Notes under the pieces: model-generated
Told to the model about the DNA's origin: nothing
Databases searched by the model: none
What the model saw: the letters and a program-made list of their open reading frames with translations, nothing else
Position numbers and translations under genes: made by a program
Source of the DNA: Octopus vulgaris
Taxonomy: Eukaryota
Assembly: GCA_951406725.2 (NCBI GenBank)
Contig: OX597824.1
Coordinates: 66,216,001-66,280,000 of the forward strand
DNA length: 64,000 nucleotides
Reading direction: 5' to 3'
In this document: in pieces, positions 39,259 to 52,726 of the stretch
How the letters are laid out: each line of letters starts with the position of its first letter
Position numbering within the stretch: the first letter of the stretch is position 1

Positions 39259-40390
39259 ACTGCAGGTACGGCAGCAAGCTGGCAGAATTGTTAGCACACC
39301 AGATGAAATGCTGTTTAGCATTTTGCCTGATGTACTAACAATTCTGCCAGCTTGCTGCCCTACCTGCAGTGAATATTAATAATAATGTCTCATTTATGTA
39401 CAAAAACAGCAATTTTGAGGGGGTGGTTGATATATCAACCCCAGTACTTGACTAGTATTTAATTTATCAACTCTAACAGGATGAAAGGCAAAGTTGACCT
39501 TGGGGGAATTTGAAAAAAGAATGGAAGTAATGTTGCATAAGGTCAGAAATTAGGCAAAGGGGCTAACAAATTAAAACAATCATAATTCTTGACAGGTACT
39601 CCATTTTATCAACTATGAAGTAATGTATAACAAAGATGACCGGGACATGATTTGAAATCAGAACTTTAAGAGCTGGAACAGTTACCACAAGACATCTTGT
39701 CTGAGATTCTAATGATTGTGCCAATCACCCACCCTAAAAATAAAAGTAATAATCATTTCTATCATAAGCAAACTCTGGAAGAACAAAAAGCAAAGTTGAC
39801 CTCAGCAGGATCTGATCTAAGAATGAAAATAGCCAGAACAAATGCTGCAGGGCATTTTGCCTGTTATTCTAACAATTCTGCCAAAACCCAACAACAACAA
39901 TAACAGCACAAGGCCAGCAATTTTTTGAGAGGAAGGGCAAGTTGATTACATCCACCCCAGTACATGACTGGTACTTTAATTTTAACAAGAACAACACAAG
40001 TCAGCTTGTATATGGTTGATTAGCTTGCTAGAAATCTCCCTCAAATCCTACCATCTTTGAAAACAAAACAAACAAAAAAAAAGAAAGGGAGAAAGAATTT
40101 GTACAAAGTATTTCAGGTTGAGATAGTCACACTTGGAACACCTCTGATTGTAGGTCTAACTCAATTAGGACAAACCTGGAACTAAACAACGACAAAAATA
40201 TTTCTAACGGAGTTGCAAGGCCAGAAATTTAGGGGGAAATCAAATCAAGCACATGTGTGGTATTTCGATTTTATCAATCTCGAAAAGATAGAAGACAAAA
40301 GTTAACCTTGGTGGGAATTGAACTCGGAATGTAAAGAATTGGAACAAATACTAATGGAATTTTGCCCAACACTAATGGTTTTCCCAATCC
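39259..40390 (-). mobile_element. Cluster of degraded SINE family A copies
   Basis: Repeated gaaaggcaaagttgacct..g..gaatttgaa and aacaattctgcca motifs. Confidence 0.75.
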
Positions 40391-40839
40391 ACTGTCTTAA
40401 ACAGCAACAGCAACATCATAAGCTGTTCAATAATGGCAAACCTGGAATTACACAACAACAACACTCATACTTATTTCTCACATTGACACATGGCATAAAT
40501 TCATAGAGAAGGGATAGTGTCGACTGATCCCAAAATGTCCCTGGTATTAATCTTCTTGGTCATTGTAGGAAATGAAGGTAAAGTGGAATTTGAATAACAT
40601 AGAAGAAGGCATTTAGTCCAACAATTTACTGCCCCCAACAACAACAATTATTATTATTATTACTGTTATCATTATTATTACAACAAAAATAACTAAGATC
40701 AAATAGAAACCTTAGATTATCAAGCAGAAAGACTTTAGATTAAAGACATGTAGGTAGATTACACGTTGTCACAGTATGGTGGTAGTAATGTGTTTGTGAA
40801 AAAGAGACTTAAAACACAAAATAGCAAAGTACAACTTAC

Positions 40840-41015
40840 TCTAGATGTGACAGGACGTATCTGCCCTCGGCTAGTCTTGCGAGGTCGCGGCCGACCTTCT
40901 TCAACCAGCATCATGCCCTCACTGTCACTAAGTTCATCATTAGAAGAGCTCTCCTGGTCATTGAATTCTTGAGCTTCATCATCATCAGAATCATTGTCAA
41001 TATCAGGAGAACGGT
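40840..41015 (-). CDS. Internal coding exon, acidic/Ser-rich then basic: (D)RSPDIDNDSDDDEAQEFNDQESSSNDELSDSEGMMLVEEGRPRPRKTSRGQIRPVTSR
   Basis: Acceptor gttttttacttgtag|AC (phase 1) and donor AGA|gtaagt (phase 0). The 176-nt frame is open, CpG-containing and protein-like. Confidence 0.88.
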
Positions 41016-43409
41016 CTACAAGTAAAAAACAAATGACAATAAATAAATAGGTTCCCTAAAAAAATAGACAATAATAAAATTATACAGCTTAACACTAACA
41101 TATCTACAACAGTACATTGATAAACTGACCAACATCCACTCAAGCAGAGCACAACACATAATTCTCCCTCCAGTCTTCAGTCAATTTGTCCATTACTTTC
41201 TGCAATCTGTGAAAATAGTCACCATCTCAGTTGACTTCTAACTTGCTGTCTAAGGCCAAAATAGGAGATGAACAGCCCTACAAGCTAACAAAAAATATTT
41301 CTCAATTTTACACTGCTGCTACTTAATTACAACAATGAGTTGTTGAAATTTAGCTCCAGGTCAGTTCCAATCAAATAGACCTATAATATGTAGGTAGTTG
41401 GCTGAAAGGATAAGCATAATTCATACATCTGTTGCTCAAGCATACCTCTAATTTACACTGGGGATATGTATGAGAGTACACTGTAACAAGTTACAGCAAT
41501 GATTATTCTTAACCCTATGGTACTTGTTTATAAGCTAAGTAGGCCTTTTGAGAGTTTAGTCATCCCAACAAACTTCTTTTTCCTGTTGTGTTCAACTGAT
41601 ATTTACAATATCCTTTTGGTTTTTGCAAGCCAAAGTGTCTGTTTTTGCTAACCAAAAAGCCAAATGTTGATCTATGTCCTGCTCAACATTTCATCATCAC
41701 CACCACCACCACCTCCTCCCCCTTCTCCGATGACATCTGAGGTCCATAATCATTTTCCCTCCTTCTCTCATTGCCATGATATTATACTAAACAAAAGATT
41801 AAATTCTTCTGCTCCTTACTGTAGAACTGCATCCCTTGGCAGATTTCCTTTAATCAAAGGAGCATTTGTGTAACAGCATGACTGATTAGAGACAGCAGCA
41901 AAATTGCCTTTAAATCATACACTACCACCTTAGATAACTACATGAAATGTGCCTAGGAATAATTAGGAATGTCACAGCTGGAATGCCTTTGATCACATGT
42001 CTACTCAATCAAGGTTGACTTGGATGTAAACAACAATCACCACAACAAAATAAGGATATATGGAATAATGTAGACTTGGAAATATTATGGTTGAAAGACA
42101 AATAGAGGGAAGGGGCGACCTTTGTTAGAGTAACTTTGATCATTTATCCTCAAACACCGCTGATTTGGACAAATGATGACAATCAGTCGTAATTCAAACT
42201 GAATTTGCACAGGCAAAGCTGTGTGGTTAACAAGTTTGCTTTGCAGCCATGGGGTTCCAAGTTCAATATTGCTGCTTAACACCTTTAACAAGGGTTCTTC
42301 TCTACTAACTATATTTAACCTTGGGTTAAACAAGATCTTACCACTGAAATTTGGTAGATGGAAATAGTGATTGCATTTTTATCAATGAGATATACACATT
42401 GGTAAGAAGTCTGATAAACTGGTCATTCAAACAAAAATACCTGATGGTCTTTTTTTAGCCCAAGTTGCCTAGACACAAGAAGTCTGTCTATATATATATA
42501 TATATATCATCATCATCATCGTTGAACATCTGCTTTCCATGCTAGCATGGGTTGAAATATATATATATTTAAGCAGCAATGAATGTTAACTGACATGTTG
42601 TGTCTGAAACCAGCATTTCAAAATCACTTTGTAGAAAAGCTATAAAACCATAATTCCCACCATTACTACATCATACCCACTCCCTTTTAATGTCTTAAAG
42701 ACTTCATGCCTACTGTAAGGATGTCAAAAGGAGGGGGGGAAAAAAACAACAAAAACCATTCCATTACCATTACCACAAGTACATTCGGATAGTGTCATAG
42801 CAGGCTTTGTCCAGACATTATACTACTTAAAGCACACAGATACACTTGCGCATAAACTCACAAACATACACAAACACGCATTACTCAAAGTTGATGCAGA
42901 AAGAATAATAATAATAATAATAATAAAACATATGCAAAAAGAGAAAGGGAGAGTGGGAGATCGATAAGTTAACCCCTGCCACACACACAAACACACTTGT
43001 CTTTGATGTGCTGCCAAGCAGAATTCTACCAAAGAGCAATGCTTTAGAAGGAAAACTGCCAACAGAAATAGAGATATCTGATGCTGCTTACCAAATAGCT
43101 TACCCCCTGCCCTACCGCTGCAAATGTAGTAATGACAGTAGTGGTGGTGGTGATAAAGAAAGGCAGTGAAGCATGGCTAGCCAATCTTCCTCCAATCCTT
43201 GCAACTACCATTGTTATTGTTTAGTCCTAGCTCAGTTCTGATCAGGTAGTTCCTAAAATCAAAAGCATTCCAGCTATGACCATCACATCCTGTTCCTATG
43301 TACAGGAAGCCCAGGTTGACATTATACAACATCCATTTTTTAAAATGGAAAGGTATGATTTGAGGGTGATTTGGTTTCTACTTCAAGCAGGTCAAGTGAC
43401 CATCTAGAG

Positions 43410-44208
43410 CAATGGTTCTTAACCTTTTTTTATGGTACCCCACCTTTTAAGTAGTTATGTCTAGCACCTACCTAAATGGCAAGTGATGTGTCCCAACCAA
43501 ACTAATTTAACATGGATGATAATTTATAAATTTTACTCTAAAATTAGTTTATATAAGCTTTTAACAGTGGAATGATAAAAACTTTTAAGACAAAAGTTGT
43601 AAATTTACTTAATACATTTCAAGTTAATGACTTCCCTGTACTAGAAGAGATCTCATTTCACTTTAATAATCATTACTAGTTTTATCATGTACAATATAAT
43701 TAAAGGAAATCAAAGAAGATAAAGATCCCATCACCTTCAAACAAAACCTGGAGAAAGATTTTAAAGGGATACCAAGTAAGCCACCTATACTTGGATACAT
43801 CTGTCAACAACAACTCCCTACATGAATGGGCCATGATACCACAAAACTTAACTTTAAAATAACTTTACTGATCCTATCAGGTGGTGCTATTAAGTTATAC
43901 ATAGCTCAGGCCAATCTTTGGCCAAAACATATTTAAGTTATCTAAGTTACTACCATACAATTTCAAAATAAGGTGATTAAAATCAAAATAAGCAACAAGG
44001 ATATCCAGAGGTAATGCAGTACGATTGTTTCAAGCAACTCCATTTAAATTGAACTATATAATCATTACATCAATTTAAATGCAGAGCAATCCTCAGCTGC
44101 ATAAGGTAAAATTTAGCATGTCAATTATGGAACCTCATCACACCCTAAAGTCCCTTCAACATGCCCAGTGTCCCCTTGTGGGGAGTACTGCCAATTTGAG
44201 AACTTTTG
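43410..44208. mobile_element. hAT (Charlie-like) non-autonomous element nested in a family R repeat
   Basis: Ends caatggttcttaa / ttgagaacttttg, with an imperfect 8-bp TSD atctagag / acttagag. The host repeat resumes after the insertion (gctccct). Confidence 0.65.
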
Positions 44209-44299
44209 ACTTAGAGGCTCCCTAAATGGCTTGACAATGCCATTGTCAGGAAAGACAGCAAGGAAGAATTGAGAGATTACAGGAACACAAAGTACAACA

Positions 44300-45420
44300 G
44301 CCTACTAACTGCTACTCCCACTATAATTTTAACACCACCACATCACCATTACTACTGTAACACATTCACCCCATGACATCCCAATAACACCAGTAATACC
44401 ATAAACAATGCACTACACTAACCACAGTACCAGTATTATCCTCTTCACTTCTATAATAAGATACCAACCACCACACAACCATAGTTGTATTACAACTATC
44501 ATGGTCCTGTCTCTATTTTTCTTTTTAGCAATAACATTTCCAGACTGTTATTGCCTCAATAACAGTCCACATCAACATGCAACACCACCACCACACCACT
44601 GCAACCAACATATTACTTCAAACCCCAGACCACTATAACACTCCACATCAACACAACACTACAACCATCCCCATAACCAGCTCACTATCCCAACTGCAGG
44701 GCCACCACCACTGCAATAACACAATAACAACACATCACAACACCACCATAAGTAGTAAACTACTCCAATCACCAGACCACCATTACCACAATCAGCATAA
44801 TACCAATCAAAGGGCAACAATAACTGCAATAACACACCACATCACCAAACACAACACCATCATCATCACCACAATCAGCAAACTACCCCAAACCGAGAAT
44901 CACAATCACTGCACCTGTTACAGTGACTCTCCTACTGCATTATAACACCATAGCATCAACCAACAACAAAACCTGTAGATGGTCACTTGACGTGCTAGAA
45001 ATAGTAGCAATGTTTCTCTTAAATCACAGCCAAATAGTTTACAAAAGGACTCACTGAATAATGTAAGCTGAGGTTCCTTGCACATGGGAGAAAGACGAGA
45101 TGGTCAAGGATGGCATGGTTTCTTTTGTGTGTAGGTTGATTTAATCAGGGCTGACCTGGAGCTAAACAACATCACCATTATCAATGTCACAGCTAACATA
45201 CCCAACTATTGTGACCATCATTACAAAACCACTACTACAGTAACACCCTACCATGTTACAATACCATCATCAATGCTACAACCAATACACTAACTTCACC
45301 ACCACCACCAACAACAACCACCAATGAACTACCTCAACCATAGCAGCAGCAGCACCATCATCAGCACTACTAAGCCAGCCAGCTGTTACATACATAACTA
45401 CCACATTACTAGCTGCCCTA
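44300..45420. repeat. Low-complexity degenerate (CAC/CAA/CAT)n region
   Basis: Strong A/C bias; the His/Thr/Asn ORFs here are compositional. Confidence 0.8.
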
Positions 45421-45934
45421 AGCCATTATCATCAGCTTCACAGTTCAGACATCCTTTCTCACCAACTGTTGTCTTTCTTCCTGAATGAACAATAGCAATG
45501 ATGTGTGGTGGTGGTGATGATGATGTGTAGTGTGATGGTGTCTGTATTAATGGTAATAGTGTAGTTATAAAGTATAAACGTTTCTATGTCTGCATGTGAG
45601 CATCTATGTTTTATTGGGTATGCATGAATGCATGGTTGTTTCCATATGTGTTTTATGTACATATATAGATATACAAAACAATAATAATAATAATTATTAT
45701 TATTATTATTCAGTAGTTTTATTTTTATAGTGTGCTTTCACTTTACTACCGAGCGCAGCTCTGTGAGCCTTGGGTATGCGCTGTGGTTTGTTGTGATGCT
45801 CTTACAGTTACTGTATTGAAAGTGGTTATTATTATTATTATTATTGTCCTTGTTTGTCCCCTCTGTGTTTAGCCCCTTGTGGGTAATAAAGAAATATATT
45901 ATTATTATCATTATCATCATCATTAATAAGGTTG

Positions 45935-46165
45935 AAAGTGGTGAGCTGACAGAAATGATAACACACTGAGTAAAATGCTTAGCAATCTGTCTTTACGTTC
46001 TGAGTTCAAATTCCACCAACATCAATTTTGCCTTTCTCCCTTTTGGGGTCGATAAAGTAAGTACTACTTGAGCACTGGGGTCAATGTAATCGACTAAACC
46101 CCTCCCCTGAAAATGCTGGCCTTGTGCCAAAACCTGAAACTATTATTATTGTTTTTATAATTGTG

Positions 46166-46197
<32 letters not shown>

Positions 46198-47050
46198 GGA
46201 TGAAGGCGGTGAGCTAGTAGAGTCGGTAGCAAGCCAGGCAAAATTCTGAGCAGCAATTTGTCGGGGTTTACATTGTGTGTTCAGATTCCACCTTTCATCC
46301 TTTCGGAGGTTGATAAATTAAGTACCAGCAAAACACTGGGATCGATGTAATCAACTTGTCCCCTTCTCCATAATTTCAGGCTTTGTGCCTATAGTAGAAA
46401 AAAATTATTCATCACCATCATCATCATCGTTTAACGTCCGCTTTCCATGCTAGCATGGGTTGGATGATTTGACTGAGGGCTGGCGAGCCAGATGGCTGCA
46501 CCAGGCTCCAATCTTGATCTGGCAGAGTTTCTACAGCTGGATGCCCTTCCTAACGCCAACCACTCTGAGAGTGTAGTGTGTGTTTTTATGTGCCACCGGC
46601 ACGGGGGCCAGTCAGGCGGTACAGGCAACGACCTCACTCGAATGTTTTTACATGTGCCAGTAGGGCGATGCTGGTAACGATCACGCTCGAATGGTGCCTT
46701 TTATGTGCCACCGGCATGGAAGCCAGCTAGCTGCTCTGGCAATGATCACGCTCGGAGAGTGCTCTTAGCACCCTATTAGCACAGGGCACAAGTGCCAATA
46801 AGGCAACATTGGTAACAATCAATAATAAGGATGAAGGCAGGAAGCTGGTAGAATTGTTAGCATGCGGGACAAAATGCTTGGCGGCACTTTGTCCTTATGT
46901 TCTGAGTTCAAATTCCACCAAGGTCGACTTAGCCTTTCATCCTTTTGGGGTTGATAAAATAAGTATCAGTTGAGTACTGAGGTCAATATAATCAACCTAC
47001 TCCTTCCCACCAAATTGCTGGCCTTGTGCCAAAATTTGAAACCATTATTA
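45935..47050 (+). mobile_element. Three SINE family A copies (+) with a (GAT)n-tailed family B element (~46410-46820, minus) between them
   Basis: Heads g.gagct..agaa..g.tagca at ~45940, 46207 and 46838, with (ATT)n tails. The family B copy has ~60-bp internal repeats (tttatgtgccaccggca). Confidence 0.85.
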
Positions 47051-47388
47051 TTATTATGAGTAGCATAAACAGTAAGGCAATTAAACTAAATACCATTTTG
47101 TATTCAAGTTCTATGTTCATATCCCAAAGGTGTCAACAAAAAAAAAATTATCAATCACATAACTACTGGAGTTAATTGAACTCATCAAATTTATTATCAA
47201 AATAATCATCATAATTATTGAAAGAAAATTAATTATGTTTTTCAAATTTTTGGTACTACTACAAGTTTGAACAAAAATTCTTCCAAGTCAATTTAATTGT
47301 CAATGTCATTAGCATAACAATCAGCCTTTAAAATAAATTTCTAATCTTTGTTTTGTTGGTTAAAAATAAAAGGACATCTAAATTTCTG

Positions 47389-47433
<45 letters not shown>

Positions 47434-47504
47434 CGGTGCCCCAGCATGGCCACAGCTCGTGAGCTGAAACTAGATGAAAATGAAATGAAAATATATATAT
47501 ACAT

Positions 47505-47710
47505 GTACAAAACACGGTGGAAAAAGTAATACTTGAATACCAAACATAGAGTAAGATGCTTTTATTAAAGTTTCAAAATTATTACAAAAAACTGTTTCTC
47601 AGAGTTTCATGTTCCTGTTCGTCAGGCAGTTTCCATCACAACTGTCCAACAAATGGGAACATGAAACTCTGAGTAACAGATTTTGTGATAATTTTGAAGC
47701 TTTAATAGAA
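47505..47710. mobile_element. Penelope-like terminal repeat fragment as an inverted duplication, with hammerhead-like motifs
   Basis: Arms 47563-47631 and 47640-47707 are reverse complements around an 8-nt spacer. Each contains a C(T/C)GACGA-derived core...GAAACTCTGAG(T/A)A. The fragment is embedded in (AT)n. Confidence 0.6.
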
Positions 47711-48063
47711 ATATATATATATATATATATACTATGTGTACACACAACTGAATTTAAATTCAGAACTTTTATTTCTAATGTAAAGTTTCCATCTTAACCA
47801 TTAGGTTATAATTCAGTAACAGCACAAAATATGTGGAAAAGTATTTTTTAAAAAAATTATCAATAGTTGTAAAGAATGCTACTTTAATTCACTTGTACAT
47901 TAATAAAAAAAATCAGTTAATTTCTCTCTAGGTTTTCATTTTATTGCAGTTTCAGCTTTATACAATAAAAATATAAAGGGAGCAATGTCAAGTTGGCTGA
48001 AATATATGTTTATTGCCCACAGAAGTGCAATACTTAATGCTTGACCAATCAAGATGCTTCAGT

Positions 48064-48098
<35 letters not shown>

Positions 48099-49260
48099 CA
48101 GTAGCTAACTACTGACTTCAAAGGGCTGTGATATCCACTAGAATTGATTGGTGGGTTACAGTTCAAAATCAAAGTCAAATTATAAGCTCCTACTTTTATA
48201 ATGCTTTCCATGGAAATTTTGAAAATAGCATGAACCGAAATTGATTATAAGACACACTGATATTCAACACATGGCAAATACATTAAAATGTTTTCAGACT
48301 TCAGTCTTAACTACACTATAAAGAGACAGAGCAAAGTTCACCTTTGGCACAAGATATTTATTGAAGAGTCTTTCCACAACCTTTCTACAACGATTCTCAT
48401 TTTTATTTCCTCAGTATACCACTAGTATTTATTTTAAGCTTTCCAAGAAAATAGCAGTAAAATTTTTCTCAAACCAGGTTGAATGTTGAAATACCAAAAC
48501 ACAAGAGTGGTTAAGGTCATTGACACTGTGTGAGAACTTTTCTGATACTCTAAACTACATGTTCTATTAAAATGCTATAGAGATATAATATTTGCAGAAC
48601 TCAACTGCACTTGCATTAACTTATAATAATAATGATGATTTCTTTTATTTGCTGCCAGCATGATGAATGAGTAGAATGATATAAAGATGGATATAAAGCA
48701 TGAGAATTTACATGATAATAGTAATAAAAATAATTGCTTTTAATACAGGCACAAGACCAAAGGTTTGATGGGAGTAGGCAGATGATTAAATTACTCCTAT
48801 TTGACAGGAACTTTATCAATTTTAGAAGGCTGAAAGGCAAGTTTGTCCCTGGTGGATTTGCACTGAGAACATAAAAAGTTCCAACTAAATACTGTAAAAA
48901 AAGTTGTTTATTGCTCTAATAATTCAGCCAATCCACCTTCAACCACCAAATAATAATTACATAATAAGATTTTCACAAAGCTACAGATCATCATAGGGAA
49001 AGTAGGACATGACTGGTACATACTTAACTGGATAAAATGTAAAACAAAGTCTATCCCAATGGAATTTGGATTCAGAAAAATAATGGATGTAAACATCATA
49101 TGGCATTTAACTGATAGCTCTACTAGTTTTAAAGATGAAAACTATATTAATGCACAACTAACAATAATTAGAAGTTTATAGAGAAATATGAAAGATAATT
49201 CTTTTGAAATTGCATATTTTCTGAAGTATTTGATCCTTGAAATGATATATAAAGTCTATA

Positions 49261-50042
49261 TACAAGGTGTATTAAAAAAATGTATCCAACTTTATTTTTC
49301 TCTTGCCAAAATGTACAGATGTGTAGTGTACGCTCATTGAATTTTTGTTTTCAGGCAAGATGACTGAATACAGCAAGTAGAAACCATAAAACTATGCCTC
49401 ATCACCTGTGATGATGATCTTCATGAGGCCTGGGTTGAAGTTTGCACAGTCCAGCATGTTGTGAGCAATTTCCACACACAAGTGCTTCTGCTGCTTTGCT
49501 AGTATCATGGGGATGAATTTTGCCAACATCATCTGCATGCACAAATCCCCCATTAAAATGTAATGCACTGATCCTATGCTTATTCCCACTTCATGAAAAA
49601 TTACCTAGATTGTTACACAATGGTCTTCCATGTCTATTCACCAAATTTTCTCAATTGGCTCCTCATTTTGGCCTCACTCTCCACTGATATGTGGTCATGT
49701 TTGAAATGATTGAACCAGTCCTTGATCAGAGTTTTTTTCCATAGCATCATCACCAAAGGCCTGCAGAATCTTCTGGAAGGTTTGAGATTGAGTATTGCCA
49801 AGCTTTTAGCAAAGCTTGATGTAATATCTCTGCTCAATGCGTTTGGTGAAAATGAAAATCTGATGAGCATGCACTACATGTCTGTATTCTAGGTTTAACA
49901 GCTAGGAACTGACAAAGCCTACTAGTGCAGAAATTTTCCTGCAGGAAGGGTGACATCACCTTCCAGCCAAAGGATCTTGACCATGTGGCATTAGTTTTGG
50001 CAGGTAAAAAATAAGTCGGATACTTTTTGAGTGCACCTCATA
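49261..50042 (-). mobile_element. Internally deleted mariner element
   Basis: TIRs tacaaggtgtatt..aaaa.gtatccaact / agtcggatactttttgagtgcacctcata. Translation GISIGSVHYILMGDL...AKFIPMIL...IITGDE. Confidence 0.85.
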
Positions 50043-51939
50043 TGTTGAAGTGAAAGTGTAGCCTTAGGATAGAATACCTTTGAAAAGTATAAGCTTTGTT
50101 ATATACTTGTCTATTTTACCTTCAGAGTTGTTATCTATTATTTTTTACTATCATATAAAGCAATTAATAATCTTACCTATGGAAAGAAATCTACCTATAA
50201 TAATGCTCAGCTATGGTCTGACTATATTGGCAAAGCTTTAACAAATCTTAAATACACTATACCACAAGATCATCATTTTGATATCAAGGAAAAGTGCATA
50301 GTTCCAGTGAACCCATAGCCACTGAACAAATTCTAGTAGCTGCCCAACTGAGCCGCGAATTCTAAAATTCTAAACAGAAAATGAGTGTGTGTGTGTGTGT
50401 GGCATGGGGTAAATCAATAATTTTAATACAGTGTGTCTTTAAATTTGTTCCATAGTTTAATACTGTGTTTATAATAGATTATGCCTTTGATTTTATTCCA
50501 TAGTTAGTGTTACGTACACCATAGCAGAATAATATTGTAGATAAGGAAAAAAAAACTTTAATGGCAAGAGAGACATAGAAAATATATTCAAGGAACCAGT
50601 TTGTAAAAATGGATGAATTGATTATTGAGGAATTCTAAATAGTGACGAGAATAGTGTGATGTGATTATTAACAAAAAAAAAAGCAGAGAATTAAGATCTT
50701 GAAATAACAGTTGAAAGCAGAAGGTCAAATATAATAATGAGGCTAATAGAATAAGACTAGTAATGTAACAAAGATAATGAGGTGAATTAAATACTGCTAA
50801 AATTTATTTAGAAAAGACACTAGGAATTAAAACAGGAAAGGAAGAAAAGAATGAAATAAGAGAAAAAATATTGGGGTCATGCTGGATAATATGGATAAAA
50901 AGACATAAAAAAAATACTGTCTAGGCTCATTACTAGATGAGAAAGAAAACAACGGGGAGTTGTAAAATGCACCAAAATATTTGATACTGGAAAAGTAATC
51001 CAGCAAAGAAAATGTTAGTATTCCCACTGGTAACAGGGAACTTAAACAGAGATATATGGTTCAAAGAAACAAATTTAGAAGATTCTGACAAAAGATAGTT
51101 ATATAGATCCGACTCATGTATACAACATAAAGATGTGATTTCTATCCAGAGAAACCAAAACCTGTAACAATGGCAGATCATACCTAACAGTGCAAAAATG
51201 TAAACCCATTGGAACAAGATATCAGGCAAACCAAAAGCCACAAAGCAAATACGTTATTGCAGAAAGCAGAACAAGTGTTGAAGTTGGTTGTTTAGTCTGA
51301 GATTAGTCCTAATTGAGAAGGCTTATTATCAAAGAGTTTCCAGAAGTGACCTATTTTCTATTATTTGAGTAACCATAAAGCTCCTCTACAGCAAGAAGCA
51401 TGTTCTGCTCTGGCCCATTCTCTCAGATTTTAATCCATCTTCTTTCACAAAACTGCTTCCCTCCCTACTGTAGCCCCACTCAGTCAAAGAGGATCTTACT
51501 CTTGGAAGCTGCATGGTGACTTCATTAGGGCTGGTGTCATTGTAAAGTGGTTGGCATTAGTAAAGGCATCCAGCTGTAGAAATCATACCAAAGCAAACAT
51601 GAGAGCATAAGGCAGTCCTTACACCTATTGGATTCTGTCAAACCATGTAACCCATGACAGCATTACACATAGACACTGATGATGATGATGATGATGATAT
51701 ATATATATACTAGCATACCCGTGTCATCAAAAACATCAACAGTTTTATTAATGATAGAAAATGGCATATCAACACAATGGGGAAAACCATTAGTAAATAT
51801 CAGCAATCTAATAAATATATGTACATACACAGAATTGAAGCACTTGAAGAATCAGACATGATTGTAACATCTTTGTTGAAAATATCACCACATAATGTAT
51901 GTGTGTGCATATACATATGTACATATAAATACATACATA

Positions 51940-52150
51940 TATGTATATAGTTAATCCAAACAAGAAAGCACAAAAAAACACAACAACGCGAGGATGTGGA
52001 ACAAATATAGTATTATTGGACGCTCAGGAAATAAGGAAAGAAGGAGGGTTTAACGTTTCGAGCGGAGCTCTTCGGAAACATAGACGGAAAGAAGGGAAGA
52101 CAGAGGAAAAAAAATCACCAACGGTACACACGAGGTCACATTTTGAAAGC
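51940..52150 (-). mobile_element. Young Penelope-like terminal repeat fragment
   Basis: CpG-rich ~200-bp insert in (AT)n containing a minimal hammerhead-like motif. No ORF is present, so the family assignment is inferred. Confidence 0.55.
52048..52079 (-). ncRNA. Minimal type I hammerhead-like ribozyme motif (variant core)
   Basis: Minus strand: GTTT CCGAAGA G-CTCCGCT-C GAA ACGT T AAAC. This gives stem I GTTT/AAAC, core CCGAAGA and a palindromic ACGT in place of helix III. Confidence 0.5.
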
Positions 52151-52726
52151 AATATATATCTATATTTATATAGTTAATAAAATATACATCAGAAAAGAAG
52201 CACATTCTAAAGAATAGAGAAGTAATTGTTACAACAAAAAAATTTTATATCTTGGACGGAGAGTTACCCAAGGTTTTGTATCCACAAAGCCAAAGCCTTG
52301 TGGACAACTCGTCAGACTATATAAGGACAAAAATTTTTAATTTCTACATCATAGATGTGAGGAAACACTCAGAAATCAAGAAATACATCTTAACCAAAAA
52401 AACGTTAATGAGGGCGGATTTCTCACCTGAACCAGAGGATAAAACCCTTATAGACCTGAAAAGGCATAACCAGCAAACAAGGAGATCCAATTTTCCAGTA
52501 GGTGGCACTTGAAATGGACACATTTAGAAAACACTTCATTATGACTCTTTAACATGCCAGGTTTCATATATAGTCCTTAAGAATTTTGGCTCTCTCCGTG
52601 ATGCAGATCTTGCAACAACCACTTCCATTAGTATATGGGCCTGGATGATCAATTATTTTCCACCTGGTATCATACGGGGTCCCTTGATCTTTGAAGTATA
52701 TGCACACGTGTGTGTGTATTTAAATA

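Noticed and set aside
44408-44945. His/Thr/Asn-rich ORFs resembling a metal-binding protein
   Set aside because: They lie in degenerate CAC/CAA/CAT low-complexity DNA with no splice or start context.
50173-50369. Minus-strand segment with strong-looking splice sites (ttttctgtttag ... TAG|gtaaga)
   Set aside because: All three frames contain stops, so it is not a coding exon. A non-coding or poison exon cannot be shown from sequence alone.
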